DNA of 62,569 bases, the filler included, from Asterionella formosa (lineage: Eukaryota): NCBI GenBank assembly GCA_002256025.1. It is 28 parts of 28 records of this genome, joined end to end, with 100 filler letters (N's around TTAATTAATTAA, not from the genome) between each part and the next. Parts side by side here need not be neighbours in the genome. Positions count along the whole stretch, not along the records: positions 24,669 to 26,808 come from NKIB01000345.1; positions 26,909 to 29,048 come from NKIB01000346.1; positions 29,149 to 31,287 come from NKIB01000348.1; positions 31,388 to 33,526 come from NKIB01000349.1; positions 33,627 to 35,763 come from NKIB01000350.1; positions 35,864 to 37,999 come from NKIB01000352.1; 22 more parts are not named here. One strand, 5' to 3'. Below the pieces are notes generated by a model, which was given only the letters and a program-made list of their open reading frames with translations, searched no databases and was not told the origin of the DNA. The stretch's first letter is position 1. Each line of letters opens with the position of its first letter. Shown here in pieces: positions 24,669-38,099 of the stretch. Both the position numbers and the translations under genes were made by a program.

Positions 24669-26808
24669 CAAGTTTCTATCTTGCAGCACTGAAGGTTTTC
24701 GCAGTGCATTTCATGTTCTCTCTGGAGAAATTGACATCCAAGAAAAACGCCTCATTGGAAAAGACAATGCTGCAATGCTTCGCTTCCAATCAACAGATCT
24801 TGGTGTAAATGCATTGTGTAACATCGCTCTCCGCAACTACAAGCGTCTACTTGACAATGGTCGCTGGATTGCTGGCTTAAATCTTCCCAAGTCTCAGCCA
24901 GACTCCCTACCCGCCGCTTTCCAGGCTTCTTCCGATGCTGCATATCAAGCCATTGTTGCAGAGTTGAAGTCCCTCCGCAACTCAATCAAACCTGGCACTG
25001 CAGTTACTGATGATTCTGTCACCTTGAAACTTTCTAATAGCATCTGCTATCATTGTGGAAAGAAAGGGCACATGAGAAACAATTGTCCAAGTCCTACTAA
25101 GTGGACACACCTTCCTCCACCTGCTGGTGCTCCAACAACAATCTTCCGCCATAATACAAATTTTTACTGGTGTACCAAGTGCAAACGTTGGGTCAAAACG
25201 CATACTGATGCTACTCACATTGCTCGTGATCCCACCACTGTTGCCATTTCACCCACTGTGAAATTCACTGAGGACACTAAGAGTCCTACAGCGAAGTTGG
25301 CTTGCGAAACCGTCTCTCAAAATGAAAACAATGCTCTTGTTCCTCAATTTACAAGTTTTGGATTTATTGCTACTTGTGATGACTCTCATGTCACTTGGTC
25401 GGTCGATAATAATTTGTCTTTGATTGTTAATAATGATTTTATATCGCCCCTTGGGCATAACACTCATGCAGATGCCCTCTGTTGGACTGGTGGTACTGTG
25501 CCAGACCTTTCCAACTCTACCACCATTACTATGCATGTCGCCTTCCGATCCTCATCTCACTGACTCGCACTTTCTTATTCCTTTGACTTTGTCCATTGAC
25601 TCATCATTGAACCCTACTACCCCTACTACCCCTTTTGTTACCAGTCCTATGAATCCGTCTAATTGTTCTCCCAAGGTTGGTGCTCCTTGCTTCTTTTGAC
25701 AGACTTACCAACAGCGATGCGTCTCTGTTGGTATTTTCCCAATGTTTGATATCTTTGGTTGTCGGCGTGTCACCGACATTAAATTACAGGGCTACCCGAC
25801 AGTATGGTTGATTTTTGGTGGGATCATGATTAACAGGTGGTTTACTGCAATGTTTCTTGGTGGCGCATATGATAACATGGTCACCTCGCATGGTCCTTGT
25901 TCTCCATTCTTGTTGGATATTGCTCCCTTCTTTCTTTTTTTCTTTCCTCCTAAACCTCCTGATCCTTCGCCTGGGTTACCTGGGATTTCTTTTTCCCTTT
26001 TTACCATCCCTTATTCTACTCCTTTTCTGTCTTCCTTACGCAAATTTCTCCCCACTGGTACACAAAGTATTCTACGTTCTACTCCTCCCATCATGGCCCC
26101 ATCACTCTTTGCCTACACCATCTTCCAAGATTCATTTCTTGATTTTTAACCTCTTTCTGTCATTCTTGACTCCATCTGCACTCCCGCCATCAACATTCTT
26201 CCCACATCCAAACCTTTGCCTTCATCCTTGTTTCGTGCTATTGAAATGGACCCCATCTCCTTGTTTGGTGGCCTTGAACAACATTTCACCGTCATTTGGG
26301 ACACTGGTGCCTCACGTCCTGTTTCTGCCTATTCCACCGATTTTGTTGGTCCCATTCTTCAACCCTCCATTCCCCTTCATCTTGGTGGCATTGCTTCTGG
26401 TCTCACAGTTGCTGGCATCGGCACTGTACAGTGGACTTTCCTTTCTGACTCTGGTCGCCTCTTGACCCTTCATCTTACTGCATATTATGTGCCTCAATGC
26501 AAACAACGCCTTTTATCTCCTCAACGTATCTTCGACAAAGAAAATGGCCATGTGGGAATTTTCGAGGTAACCGCTGATTGCGCACGCCTTGTAATTGATG
26601 GATCACCCACCTTGACTATTCCCTATGATCCCATAAACTCTCTTCCTACCAGTCATGGCATTCGTGCTTCATCTGTGTGCGACAAAGAAGCCTCCCTTAA
26701 TTTATGTGTCACAGACGAAACAAACCAAAACCTTACTGAGGCTCAAAAGGAATATCTTCACTGGCACTTCCGTCTTGGCCACCTCTGCTCAGACACCATT
26801 CAATTTCT
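24669..26808 (+). mobile_element. Copia gag-protease region, copy 1 (4-bp insertion at 25531; premature TAA at 26147-26149)
   Basis: CYHCGKKGHMRNNC, YWCTKCKRWVKTH, protease VIWDTGAS, RLLSPQ, NLTEAQKEYLHWHFRLGH. Confidence 0.9.
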
Positions 26809-26908
26809 NNNNNNNNNNNNNNNNNNNNNNNNNNNNNNNNNNNNNNNNNNNNTTAATTAATTAANNNNNNNNNNNNNNNNNNNNNNNNNNNNNNNNNNNN
26901 NNNNNNNN

Positions 26909-28770
26909 TGAGAGTCATACAAACTTTCAGTTTTGTACTGATAGTCATAACAAAACGGGGTAATCACACGGTTTGAGACGAATATTTGTAATATTATAAA
27001 TCTGTATTAGACAAAGTCCTTCCTGTGCATATAAGGAACAGCATTGTTCGTACTTGAACACTGCAATCTCGTACCAGTTCTTTAGTTATAGTAGCCCAAA
27101 ATTGGCTGTCGACGGTTTTTGGTCCAAATCAGTTTTACCCCATTGAGCCTGCATGACTTTTTCAACACATAGGAGAAGCTGAAGCTATATAAATAATTAG
27201 CTTGTTTCAAGACTTTTCCGCATCATTACTATGGCATGTTTGCGCCATTGCAATTAAGTTGTGCGCCATAATAACTTGTTTATTTAGAGTTGTTTAAGTG
27301 CTGGTGCGCCAATCAATAAATATTATAACCTAGTGGTACCTGGTACTGGCATGATAGACTACTAGTAGACCATGAGGGAAACCACCGAATATCAAATACA
27401 AATAAACGTAGTTTAATAACCAATAAGACAGGATCAATATCGAACGAATCTATTTTAGTTATATGAGATAGTATCGTCATTTCCACAAAAGGCAACTCAT
27501 CAACCATCAGTTGGATCGCTCACAAAACGGCAACAAAAGAAGACCGGGAACATTCGAATATACATGAATGACACCTGGAACATCGCACATACCACCTCTC
27601 AAATCGATACTGAGATCGCCACCAAACATTGTCAAGGAGGACCCAGCAGCTTTGATGGAAACGGCATCGGCACCTGAAGCAAGTTACAAATCGAATCCAA
27701 CAACACACGAAAACAAACCCGGAAACCCATCAGATACTTTCATACCGGGATCGTAAGACTATTCACCCGTAGGAACTTCGAATATTCTCACAGACCAGCA
27801 CTGCTGAAATTAAGATCCTTGTGCGAAGGTTTCGACGCAACGGAGATTTCCCGGTACCACAAACAAGACAAGCCATACTTACCCGCTTGGGAGAGACCTC
27901 ACACCGAGGAGACCAGCAGGCGCCAGCAGAAGAGATCAAAACTGCTGTGGTTCTTGCTGCGAGTCCAATCCCCCCTATTCTCCCCCCTTGGCCTGGAGTT
28001 GACAATTGTGCTGGCACATAAGGGGGAAATTGAAATTCCAGCCGCACTGCCTTGCATGATTCGGGCAAGGAAGAATATGAAGGGTGGCAGGCTGAGAGGA
28101 GAAATATGAAGGAAGCGACGAAACAAGGAGGCTGAAGCGGAAGCAGAAGCGGAAGCGGAGCAAGGTGGAGAAGCAAACAAGCAATCGAACAAAAAATTCT
28201 CGCTTGGTTGACATCTGTCATAGTAGTAATACCAAACCAGTACCGGTAGCCTGATGTAAGCAGAACACTAATTAGTGACGAACGTAAATAATCCCTATAT
28301 AAATCTATATCAAACCATCATCAAAACGAATGTAAGTAAGATTATTGACACAAAAACTGAAATAATATTTGAGTTAAAAGGCAAACGCATTATTATTTAA
28401 GGTTTAAAAAATGAAAACAATAAATAATAAATGGGTAGATGATGCAACGGACAAATAATATTGTGGCAGGAAAAAGCTTTAGAGTGAACAATAGGGTAAT
28501 CGAAACCAGAATTTGAATATAAAATTTTCTTCAGGTACGTAGTAAAAAATATGTATTGATAGTCATACAAAACGACCATAATCATCAACTTTAAAAACTT
28601 CATATCTCTTGAATTATGAAGCTTCATTACTAATTAAACAGACCTATTGAAAGCGGAGAGCCTGTTCTACATTTAGCTACGCACTTGATTTGTTGTCACC
28701 ATGAAATTTGACTAAAATAGTTTGAGTCGAAACATGGGGTAAACTTTATATGACTCTCAGTTTTAGGTGG
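26909..28770 (+). mobile_element. Near-complete internally deleted pogo-like element (~1.87 kb)
   Basis: The contig begins inside the left TIR (TGAGAGTCATA). The right TIR TATGACTCTCAGTTTTAGGTGG|TA ends at 28770. From about 27800 onward it is the reverse complement of 23157-24110. Confidence 0.8.
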
Positions 28771-29659
28771 TACTCTGTATACATATGATAAAATGTTATG
28801 AGCATATGATGTACACAGCCAGCATGTACATTGCTTCATTACTCCCTCCAACTGAGGGGCTGAAATAATTAAGTTACCAAAACCTTGCGTAGCAGGAAAA
28901 GAGATGCGAAATTAGGCACTACCTGGCACAAGGGCGAGACAAGAATAGCTATACATTGAGACGAGTAGAGGAGAAAAACATTCCTTGGGTAGCTGTAAAA
29001 ACAGAAATAGCATTGCTAAATTTTATAGTTAAATTATGATCCATTTCANNNNNNNNNNNNNNNNNNNNNNNNNNNNNNNNNNNNNNNNNNNNTTAATTAA
29101 TTAANNNNNNNNNNNNNNNNNNNNNNNNNNNNNNNNNNNNNNNNNNNNGAATGTAGGTGAGGGCTTTCGGCTACTTTACTAAGAAGTGATACATGCCTTG
29201 ATTACCTTTTTAAAACGGCCTTTTCAGTAGAACAACGCTTAGAGGTATTTCATTTTCAAGGCGCGCCATACTTTTTTGAAACAGACAAGCGAATAGGGTA
29301 CGTCAAGTCGAGATCAAAGCTAACAACAATCCCAAAATTCCGATCAATCATTAGCTACTACCGGGTACCTGGACCAGGTACCGGTAGGCAATTTTGGTTT
29401 GGGAATAACAGCCAACCTTTCAATTTCTATTGATCCACCATGCTCCTACCCAGGTACCAGGTACCAGGAACCTGGTACCGAAGTTACAAGGAGTCGCATA
29501 CTAACAAATTACATTTATCCATTTTTCCCGCTAAAACCGAAACCAGATGGCACAGTGCAGGACTTTATCGCAGTAACATTCCAAATAATGGTCAACCAAC
29601 ATTCTCTCCCGTAAAAATCAGCTCTGGACTCAACAAAAATCAATTAACTTCACCTTCAC

Positions 29660-30915
29660 TCATACCTGAACTGTATTCTCCTCCCTTGGGTGGGCCGCTG
29701 TATGTGCTAGTTCGATTTCCTCTATTGCAACATTTTTGTGATTAACCATTTCGTCAGAAGGTGTTTTAAGATCTTCATCGTCCTCCTCCTCATCAGAGCA
29801 GTCTCCATTTCTCGGAGAATCATCTCCTCTAGTGAGCTTGCTCTTGTTCAGCTTTTCCTTGAATGCATTGCGCTGGGCATCGGTCATAACACGACCGGCA
29901 TCACTGCGTTTTTTGCGTTCCACTTCACCACGGCGTTCGCAAACGGAAGAAGCCAAGAGGTGATGGAACCCCTTTTCGCGACCCCATGCATGAGACAAGT
30001 CCCTGAAATTAGCGTATGGTGTGCCACCTGAGAGCAACAGAATTTCAACAAGTGCCTTGGGGTTATAGAAGCGATTTAATAATTTCATTAGTTCATTGTT
30101 TGGAATCAAAGCAATTGCACAAAATATGAAGCTTCATCGCACAAGAAACTTACTAGCTGACGCTCCCAAGGCTCAAGTTGAGAGCTTAAGGATGATACCG
30201 GATGCATACCACGAGCGCGGCGTTCGGCATTACGATGCCATCCAGCATCTTTGCCGTCGCCCTCACGCAAATGAGCGACAAGAGGCATCACAACTACGCC
30301 TTCAGGGGGTGGAGGAGGGTCGACGTCCGGTGATTCTTTCTCCATTTTAAACTTGTTCTTACCCATTGTGGGACGATAGGAGATGCTGGCAGGCACAATG
30401 GTGTCCCAGACAGAATCACCCTCTGGAGGAGGTGGTTGGTCCTCGGTCTTGGTGACAGGGGGTGGGAAGTGGACATGTTTCCAATGGCGTTTGCACATAC
30501 CGTCATGAGTTCCCTAGGGCAATGAAGAAGGCACGAGAAATGGACAAGACGGAAATTTTGAGCTGGTCAAGCTACCATTGCGACATGTGGCCAGAATTTG
30601 CATAAACAATCATAAGCACTGTACCTGAGCCTGCTTATCGCATCCATCAACTTTGCATCGCTTTGCCCTCGCTCCATGACGCTGACAATGTCCTTGTGAC
30701 TTGATCACCTTGGTGCATCCGGGATATCGACAAAGTCTGCGTTTTTTTGGCAACACTCTGATGTTGCCGTCTGCATCAATTTCAGTTTCATTGTCATTGT
30801 CATCATCATTCTCGTCAGTGATCGCTGAAACGGCTTCGTCGACAGCTTCATCAACTGCCTCTTCGACTTCTCTCTTATTGGCTCTTTTCACTTTCTTTGC
30901 ATCGTCACCCGACAT
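29660..30915 (-). CDS. Three-exon gene with CxxxxC..CxxH (WRKY19-like) zinc-finger repeats; introns 30514-30624 and 30056-30153
   Basis: CRYPGCTKVIKSQGHCQRHG..CKVDGCDKQAQ|GTHDGMCKRH; both GT-AG introns keep the frame (QL|ALVEILLLSGG). Confidence 0.8.
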
Positions 30916-31387
30916 GATTGAGTCGAACTACGCTCAGAACGAGAAGTCTCTGTCAATGATCAAATCTCGCATAGAGCGACCTCGATTGTTGGTCAAGCTC
31001 CGAGGTAAGTAAAGTGTGTTCGGTGTGATTCGGATGAGTAGCAAGCAATGTACCAGAGTCTACCAGAAGCTACACACCACAGTGGAGCTGCAAAACCCCT
31101 CCCACTCCTGGCGTGGTGGGCTGCGAACTCCGTCTATGATGGTCCTGGGGAAGACAATACTGTGCTACTTGGTACAGTCAGTACCTGGTGGTACTACCTG
31201 GTACCAGGGCAACAGCAAGTTGCGGTCATTTTCCTGAAACGTACAACGTGTGGCCGGATAGGGGCTTATTCAATCTTATAAAAAGAGNNNNNNNNNNNNN
31301 NNNNNNNNNNNNNNNNNNNNNNNNNNNNNNNTTAATTAATTAANNNNNNNNNNNNNNNNNNNNNNNNNNNNNNNNNNNNNNNNNNNN

Positions 31388-32029
31388 GTTGGATACCAAT
31401 ATGTGGAAGGGGACATTCAATGGGACGGTCGAGCCACAATTGTTTATCCTGCCGTTTGCTGCTTTGCGGGGTTCTTTGCAGGTATGTTTGATGAGGAGCA
31501 AAGGAATATGGAATGATTCGTTTATTTGATTTACATACACTTAATTTTTCTTGTGCCTACCTACTTACCATGGTGCTTTTGAAGGGATGTTTGGAGTTGG
31601 AGGAGGAATTGTCAAAGGTACGAGAATAGTAGTTTATTTGGTGGCCTGTTTATTTTCCTTGCTAATTTTTTTATTGCACAACCAGGCCCTTTAATGTTAG
31701 CTATGGGTATCCACCCCAAAGTGGGTTCAGCAACTAGTGCCTGCATGATTCTATTCACGAGTTTCACCGCAACGACATCATTTATGGTCTTTGGTTTATT
31801 GTTACCAGACTATGCGTTGGTGTGCGTCAGTGTGGGATTTTTGGCCACTTATGTTGGCCAGATTGGTCTCACGTATCTCATGAAGAAGTTTCAGCGAAAC
31901 TCTTTAATTGCTTTTTCTATCGGTGGTGTTGTTTTGCTAAGCGCATTCTTGATGACTATTCAATCATTGATTAGTTTGGCCGAGAAAAAGCATCATCACT
32001 CAGGTGGTATTTGTGGGAAAGGCGATTGA
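31388..32029 (+). CDS. TauE/SafE sulfite-exporter family protein, 3' part; introns 31482-31584 and 31618-31685
   Basis: Spliced product AGFFAG|MFGVGGGIVK|GPLMLAMGIHPKVGSATSACMILFTS. Confidence 0.85.
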
Positions 32030-32361
32030 AGCACGCCACTGATGTAAACATAGAAAACCTTTTGTAATGAGACTTATTTTTTTGTGTTTGCAACCATATC
32101 CCAACTATATCTTACATCCATGAAATGACTACTCAATGATCGATAAAAGAGTTGTTCAGATCACAGTATCGCCGTTTACGCCATTTGTATTATCGGCGCT
32201 ATAACAGCTTCTTAGTTTGCAAAGATGAAGAACACATCTTCTTCAGATTTCCCGTGACCACATTCGTTGTTTCAATGCAGACTACTCCAGCTTCAAATGA
32301 CACTGGCAGGATCTACAAATGTGCCATTGTTTCGGATTTGACGCACTATTCACTTCCCGAT

Positions 32362-33526
32362 CTATTCACCGTCATGCAACATTTGTGTCTCCCTCTCGGA
32401 CCAGTCCATTTCAACTTCGCTAAACTCATTATCAAATGGTGCAAGAAATGGGATGCCATCCGCCGAAGGATTTCTCATCCCAGACCCAAACTTGCCGGCC
32501 ATGCGCCCAGTCACTTCTTCTTCCAAATTTTCGACCAAAACGGCCAATACTACAACAACATTGTAGGCTCCTCGTCCAGCTGGTTCACTTAGCTCCTTGA
32601 TGATTCCCATGACCATTGTAACACCAAAGACGATAAACGACATGTAAATGGATTGCACGTGTAAAATCCCCGGCCCACCAATAGTTTGACTCCCAGCGCC
32701 AAGCAACGGGAAGGTGGACAAGACAATAGCAGCAAGTGACCACAACAAAGTCATTTGAATTGGAGGCAATTTCTTTTGCAGATTCCCCAAGCGCATTGCT
32801 CTAGCGTGTCGGAGGCTTCGTACGGTTTGATAAATCACACTGGGTTCACCTACGCTTGTAAGGTAGAATATGTCTTCGAGTGGGTCATCAACAGGCCGTG
32901 CACTAAGTAGTACAGATGGCTCTGTCGTGAACTGAATCAAGTCCTCTTTGATATAGCGTTCCATAGACTCGAGAACGTTGTGATACATATCTTCTCGTCC
33001 CTGACAGACAAGGGAAACTTGTTCCAAAAGAGAGCTAGCAACCGAAACTTCGTGAAACAGAGCGTTGAAAATAGCTTCTTGTTGCTTGTAAAGGAAATAG
33101 TATGTGTAACCCGTCATGATGGTGAACATCAAGCCGCATGTTGTCAGAATGTTTTGCACATATTGGCTGTAGTCATTCGCAATCACATCCAAGGCTTCTT
33201 TGGAGTTAATCAGCGAGGCAATGTTCATGGACAAATCCGGATATACGACAGAGGCAACGAATCCAGCAGCCAGTGACGGGATGCCCACTCGGATGACCGT
33301 CAGGATCTGAACGTATTTTCTTAGCTCTGCGTGGTTGGATGCATAGTCGTCAGAGACAAATCTTTGCGCCGCTGCTTCCCAGAAGGATAAATTCTGGGTG
33401 ACGATCTTTTGGGGACTGTCACTGTACGCAGCAAGCTGGGTGATGGGTTTTGGCCGGGTTTGTAGGATTGCTCCAAAGGATCTAAAGGGCACTGGAGCAA
33501 ACGAAACAACTTTTCGGGTACATGAG
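32362..33526 (-). CDS. Putative plastid-targeted four-TM membrane protein (DUF4239/bestrophin-like), 5' truncated
   Basis: The frame extends upstream to VVS-FAP (ASAFAP-like). GLMFTIMTGYTYYFLYKQQ..ALFHEV, RAMRL..LPP, IIKELSEP. Confidence 0.55.
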
Positions 33527-35863
33527 NNNNNNNNNNNNNNNNNNNNNNNNNNNNNNNNNNNNNNNNNNNNTTAATTAATTAANNNNNNNNNNNNNNNNNN
33601 NNNNNNNNNNNNNNNNNNNNNNNNNNTCTTCGTTTTCAAGTTATAGCATCAGTTACCGGTAGTTCACTTGGCCGAAGCTTATGGACCTGAAATACGAAGA
33701 TTGAATATTGAGAAGCTATTAATGCAAAATCGTTGTATTTCGGTATTCAGGAAATTTCATTGCCTCCTTATGGTCCTGAAGATTAAAGACTTAAATACCG
33801 GTAGTAGCGGCAGTACATCAACTCACATGTCAAATAACCTGATGTCATGATTTGATCTATAATTTCTACCAGTAGTCTAGTCTCATTTGTTGGTATATTG
33901 TTTGTAATTACAATGGAAATCATAGACACTCAAAATTACCATTGTCGTCATTGCTCTTGTTGGAATCAAAGGCCTTCACATTGGCCTGTCGCCTTTCTCC
34001 TTCTTCCCAACCACCTCAAGCAACGCCATATTGTCCCAATGGTGGTTCAAGCAAACGTTCGTGATCGTGATTGTGGTCATCGAACCTGATGTTGGTACGT
34101 ATCCTGAGGACTGATCTCATGGAATACCTTCTATTGTATTGTAGTTCTCAGCTAAGACAAGTATTGCACTCCTAATACTCACGTATCATTTCGTATCATC
34201 CATTGGACACATACAAATACTCACTACTGTTGGAAAGACCAAGAAGCGACGAAATGCCAGAAAATAAATGATGCTGAGCAGGAGGAAGCCTCCTTAATTG
34301 TGAAGGCGGTGGAGAGGCTCAAACTTCAACTGGAGCTTTATTAATAACCGGAACGTTCCCTCCTCACGAGGGCTGCTTGAGAGGGAGCTCAACGTTCATT
34401 TTCAAGCGCTTAGAGGTGGATCAGGAAGAGCGAAGAAGCATTCCAAAGACAATGCGGTATATCTGCAGGAGGAAGCCTCCTTAATTGTGCAGGCGGTGGA
34501 GAGGCTCAAACTTCAATTGGAGCAGGATCAGGAAAAAATTAATAATGTAATGCCATATTGGTAAATACCAATATAGAATAGCTTGTACTGATGTACCATG
34601 CGTCGTACCATCCATACAAGCAAATGCAATTATACTGCTGCTGTGGCCGCTGCTGTTGCTTGCCCATCAGGCAACATACAGTAAATTCTACACACGAGTG
34701 TACCACAGGACGGAATCCAGAATCCGTTCGTATGCCATCCTTGATGTCGAAATCGGCAGAACGGCGTGATAAATTATATTTTTAATTTTTATCATATGCA
34801 TTTATATATATGCCGGTATTATGTTCAAGGAGCATGGTGATATGGCACATTACCTGTAACCTGGTACCCTGCAAGTTGCGGTCATTTTGCCGAAAATGGA
34901 ACGCGGCGCCGGCAAGCACTCATATTTGACTCCCCGCTAATATTACTTGAGCATGTAGAAAACTTTAAAGGTTTCGCGCTGGCCAATATATTTCATTATT
35001 ATCAAAATCTAATTTTTAAGAATAATTTTCCGAACTTGCTACGAATTTTCCGAACTTGCTACGATTAGGGGGGTTTCCCCCCAATCACAATTTTGAGTTT
35101 CAAGACTCCTTATTCCAGAAATCTCCTAGTTTATATGCATTTCTATTTCGGTATAAGGCCCCGTCTTACGGCGCCCGAATTACGAAGATTCAGTCGCCCG
35201 GATACCTGTTGGGCGTTTAATCTTCGTATTTTCGTCCCTTGCGGACTAAATAACTCACAAATCCCCCCCCGATTACGAAGATTAATCTTCGTTTGCCCGA
35301 ATATTTCGAGGGTCATCCCCGATATTGACCCAATCTTCGTATTTTCTTGAACAATCTTCGTTTCCCGAAGATTAATCTTCGGGCAAACGATGATTGTCTC
35401 CACCAATCAGAATGGCGGAAACAATATATAATCGTCATCACATATACTGATGATATAGTATTCGATACTTCGATACTTCGATACTTCTATTGTAGTATTA
35501 TTGTCATTTTTATTACCGTACATCTAAGCCGCGAAATACGCCACTTTTCGAAATTTCGTCTACGTATGAGTGTTAATTATGTGGTACTTCACATGCATTA
35601 ATGCCACTCTTCACGTAAAAAAGATTACTTTTAACGGTTTCATGTGAAGTTTTAACTGTTTCATGTGAAGTTTTCACAATGAATTTTGAACGCGAGACTG
35701 AATTAGTTGATGTTTCAAATAATTCATTTGACTTTTCGAAATTTCGTCTACGTACGAGTGTTANNNNNNNNNNNNNNNNNNNNNNNNNNNNNNNNNNNNN
35801 NNNNNNNTTAATTAATTAANNNNNNNNNNNNNNNNNNNNNNNNNNNNNNNNNNNNNNNNNNNN

Positions 35864-37999
35864 CAAGTTTCTATCTTGCAGCACTGAAGGTTTTCGCAGT
35901 GCATTTCATGTTCTCTCTGGAGAAATTGACATCCAAGAAAAACGCCTCATTGGAAAAGACAATGCTGCAATGCTTCGCTTCCAATCAACAGATCTTGGTG
36001 TAAATGCATTGTGTAACATCGCTCTCCGCAACTACAAGCGTCTACTTGACAATGGTCGCTGGATTGCTGGCTTAAATCTTCCCAAGTCTCAGCCAGACTC
36101 CCTACCCGCCCCTTTCCAGGCTTCTTCCGATGCTGCATATCAAGCCATTGTTGCAGAGTTGAAGTCCCTCCGCAACTCAATCAAACCTGGCACTGCAGTT
36201 CCTGATGATTCTGTCACCTTGAAACTTTCTAATAGCATCTGCTATCATTGTGGAAAGAAAGGGCACATGAGAAACAATTGTCCAAGTCCCACTAAGTGGA
36301 CACACCTTCCTCCACCTGCTGGTGCTCCAACAACAATCTTCCGCCATAATACAAATTTTTACTGGTGTACCAAGTGCAAACGTTGGGTCAAAACGCATAC
36401 TGATGCTACTCACATTGCTCGTGATCCCAACACTGTTGCCATTTCACCCACTGTGAAATTCACTGAGGACACTAAGAGTCCTACAGCGAAGTTGGCTTGC
36501 GAAACCGTCTCTCAAAATGAAAACAATGCTCTTGTTCCTCAATTTACAAGTTTTGGATTTATTGCTACTTGTGATGACTCTCATGTCACTTGGTCGGTCG
36601 ATAATAATTTGTCTTTGATTGTTAATAATGATTTTATATCGCCCCTTGGGCATAACACTAATGCAGATGCCCTCTGTTGGACTGGTGGTACTGTGCCAGA
36701 ACTTTCCAACTCTACCACCATTAATATGTCGTCTTCCGACCCTCATCTCACTGACTCGCACTTTCTTGTTCCTTTGACTTTGTCCATTGACTCATCATTG
36801 AACCCTACTACCCCTACTACCCCTTTTGCTACCAGTCCTATGAATCCGTCTAATTGTTCTCCCAAGGTTGGTGCTCCTTGCTTCTTTTGACAGACTTACC
36901 AACAGCGATGCGTCTCTGTTGGTATTTTCCCAATGTTTGATATCTTTGGTTGTCGGCGTGTCACCGACATTAAATTACAGGGCTACCCAACAGTATGGTT
37001 GATTTTTGGTGGGATCATGATTAACATGTGGTTTACTGCAATGTTTCTTGGTGGCGCATATGATAACATGGTCACCTCGCATGGTCCTTGTTCTCCATTC
37101 TTGTTGGATATTGCTCCCTTCTTTCTTTTTTTCTTTCCTCCTAAACCTCCTGATCCTTCGCCTGGGTTACCTGGGATTTCTTTTTCCCTTTCTACCATCC
37201 CTTATTCTACTCCTTTTCTGTCTTCCTTACGCAAATTTCTCCCCACTGGTACACAAAGTATTCTACGTTCTACTCCTCCCATCATGGCCCCATCACTCTT
37301 TGCCTACACCATCTTCCAAGATTCATTTCTTGATTTTTCACCTTTTTCTGTCATTCTTGACTCCATCTGCACTCCCGCCATCAACATTCTTCCCACATCC
37401 AAACCTTTGCCTTCATCCTTCTTTCGTCCCATTGAAATGGACCCCATCTCCTTGTTTGGTGGCCTTGAACAACATTTCACCGTCATTTGGGACACTGGTG
37501 CCTCACGTCCTGTTTCTGCCTATTCCACCGATTTTGTTGGTCCCATTCTTCAACCCTCCATTCCCCTTCATCTTGGTGGCATTGCTTCTGGTCTCACAGT
37601 TGCTGGCATCGGCACTGTACAGTGGACTTTCCTTTCTGACTCTGGTCGCCTCTTGACCCTTCATCTTACTGCATATTATGTGCCTCAATGCAAACAACGC
37701 CTTTTATCTCCTCAACGTATCTTCGACAAAGAAAATGGCCATGTGGGAATTTTCGAGGTAACCGCTGATTGCGCACGCCTTGTAATTGATGGATCACCCA
37801 CCTTGACTATTCCCTATGATCCCATAAACTCTCTTCCTACCAGTCATGGCATTCGTGCTTCATCTGTGTGCGACAAAGAAGCCTCCCTTAATTTATGTGT
37901 CACAGACGAAACAAACCAAAACCTTACTGAGGCTCAAAAGGAATATCTTCACTGGCACTTCCGTCTTGGCCACCTCTGCTCAGACACCATTCAATTTCT
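35864..37999 (+). mobile_element. Copia gag-protease region, copy 2 (open except for the in-frame TGA at 36888-36890)
   Basis: Same motifs as copy 1; ORFs 35970-36890 and 36933 onward are in the same frame. Confidence 0.92.
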
Positions 38000-38099
38000 N
38001 NNNNNNNNNNNNNNNNNNNNNNNNNNNNNNNNNNNNNNNNNNNTTAATTAATTAANNNNNNNNNNNNNNNNNNNNNNNNNNNNNNNNNNNNNNNNNNNN

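Noticed and set aside
37048..37656. Overlapping 202-aa Leu/Phe-rich ORF present in all three copia copies
   Set aside because: The CT-rich strand is poor in stops and the copies are too similar for conservation to be informative.
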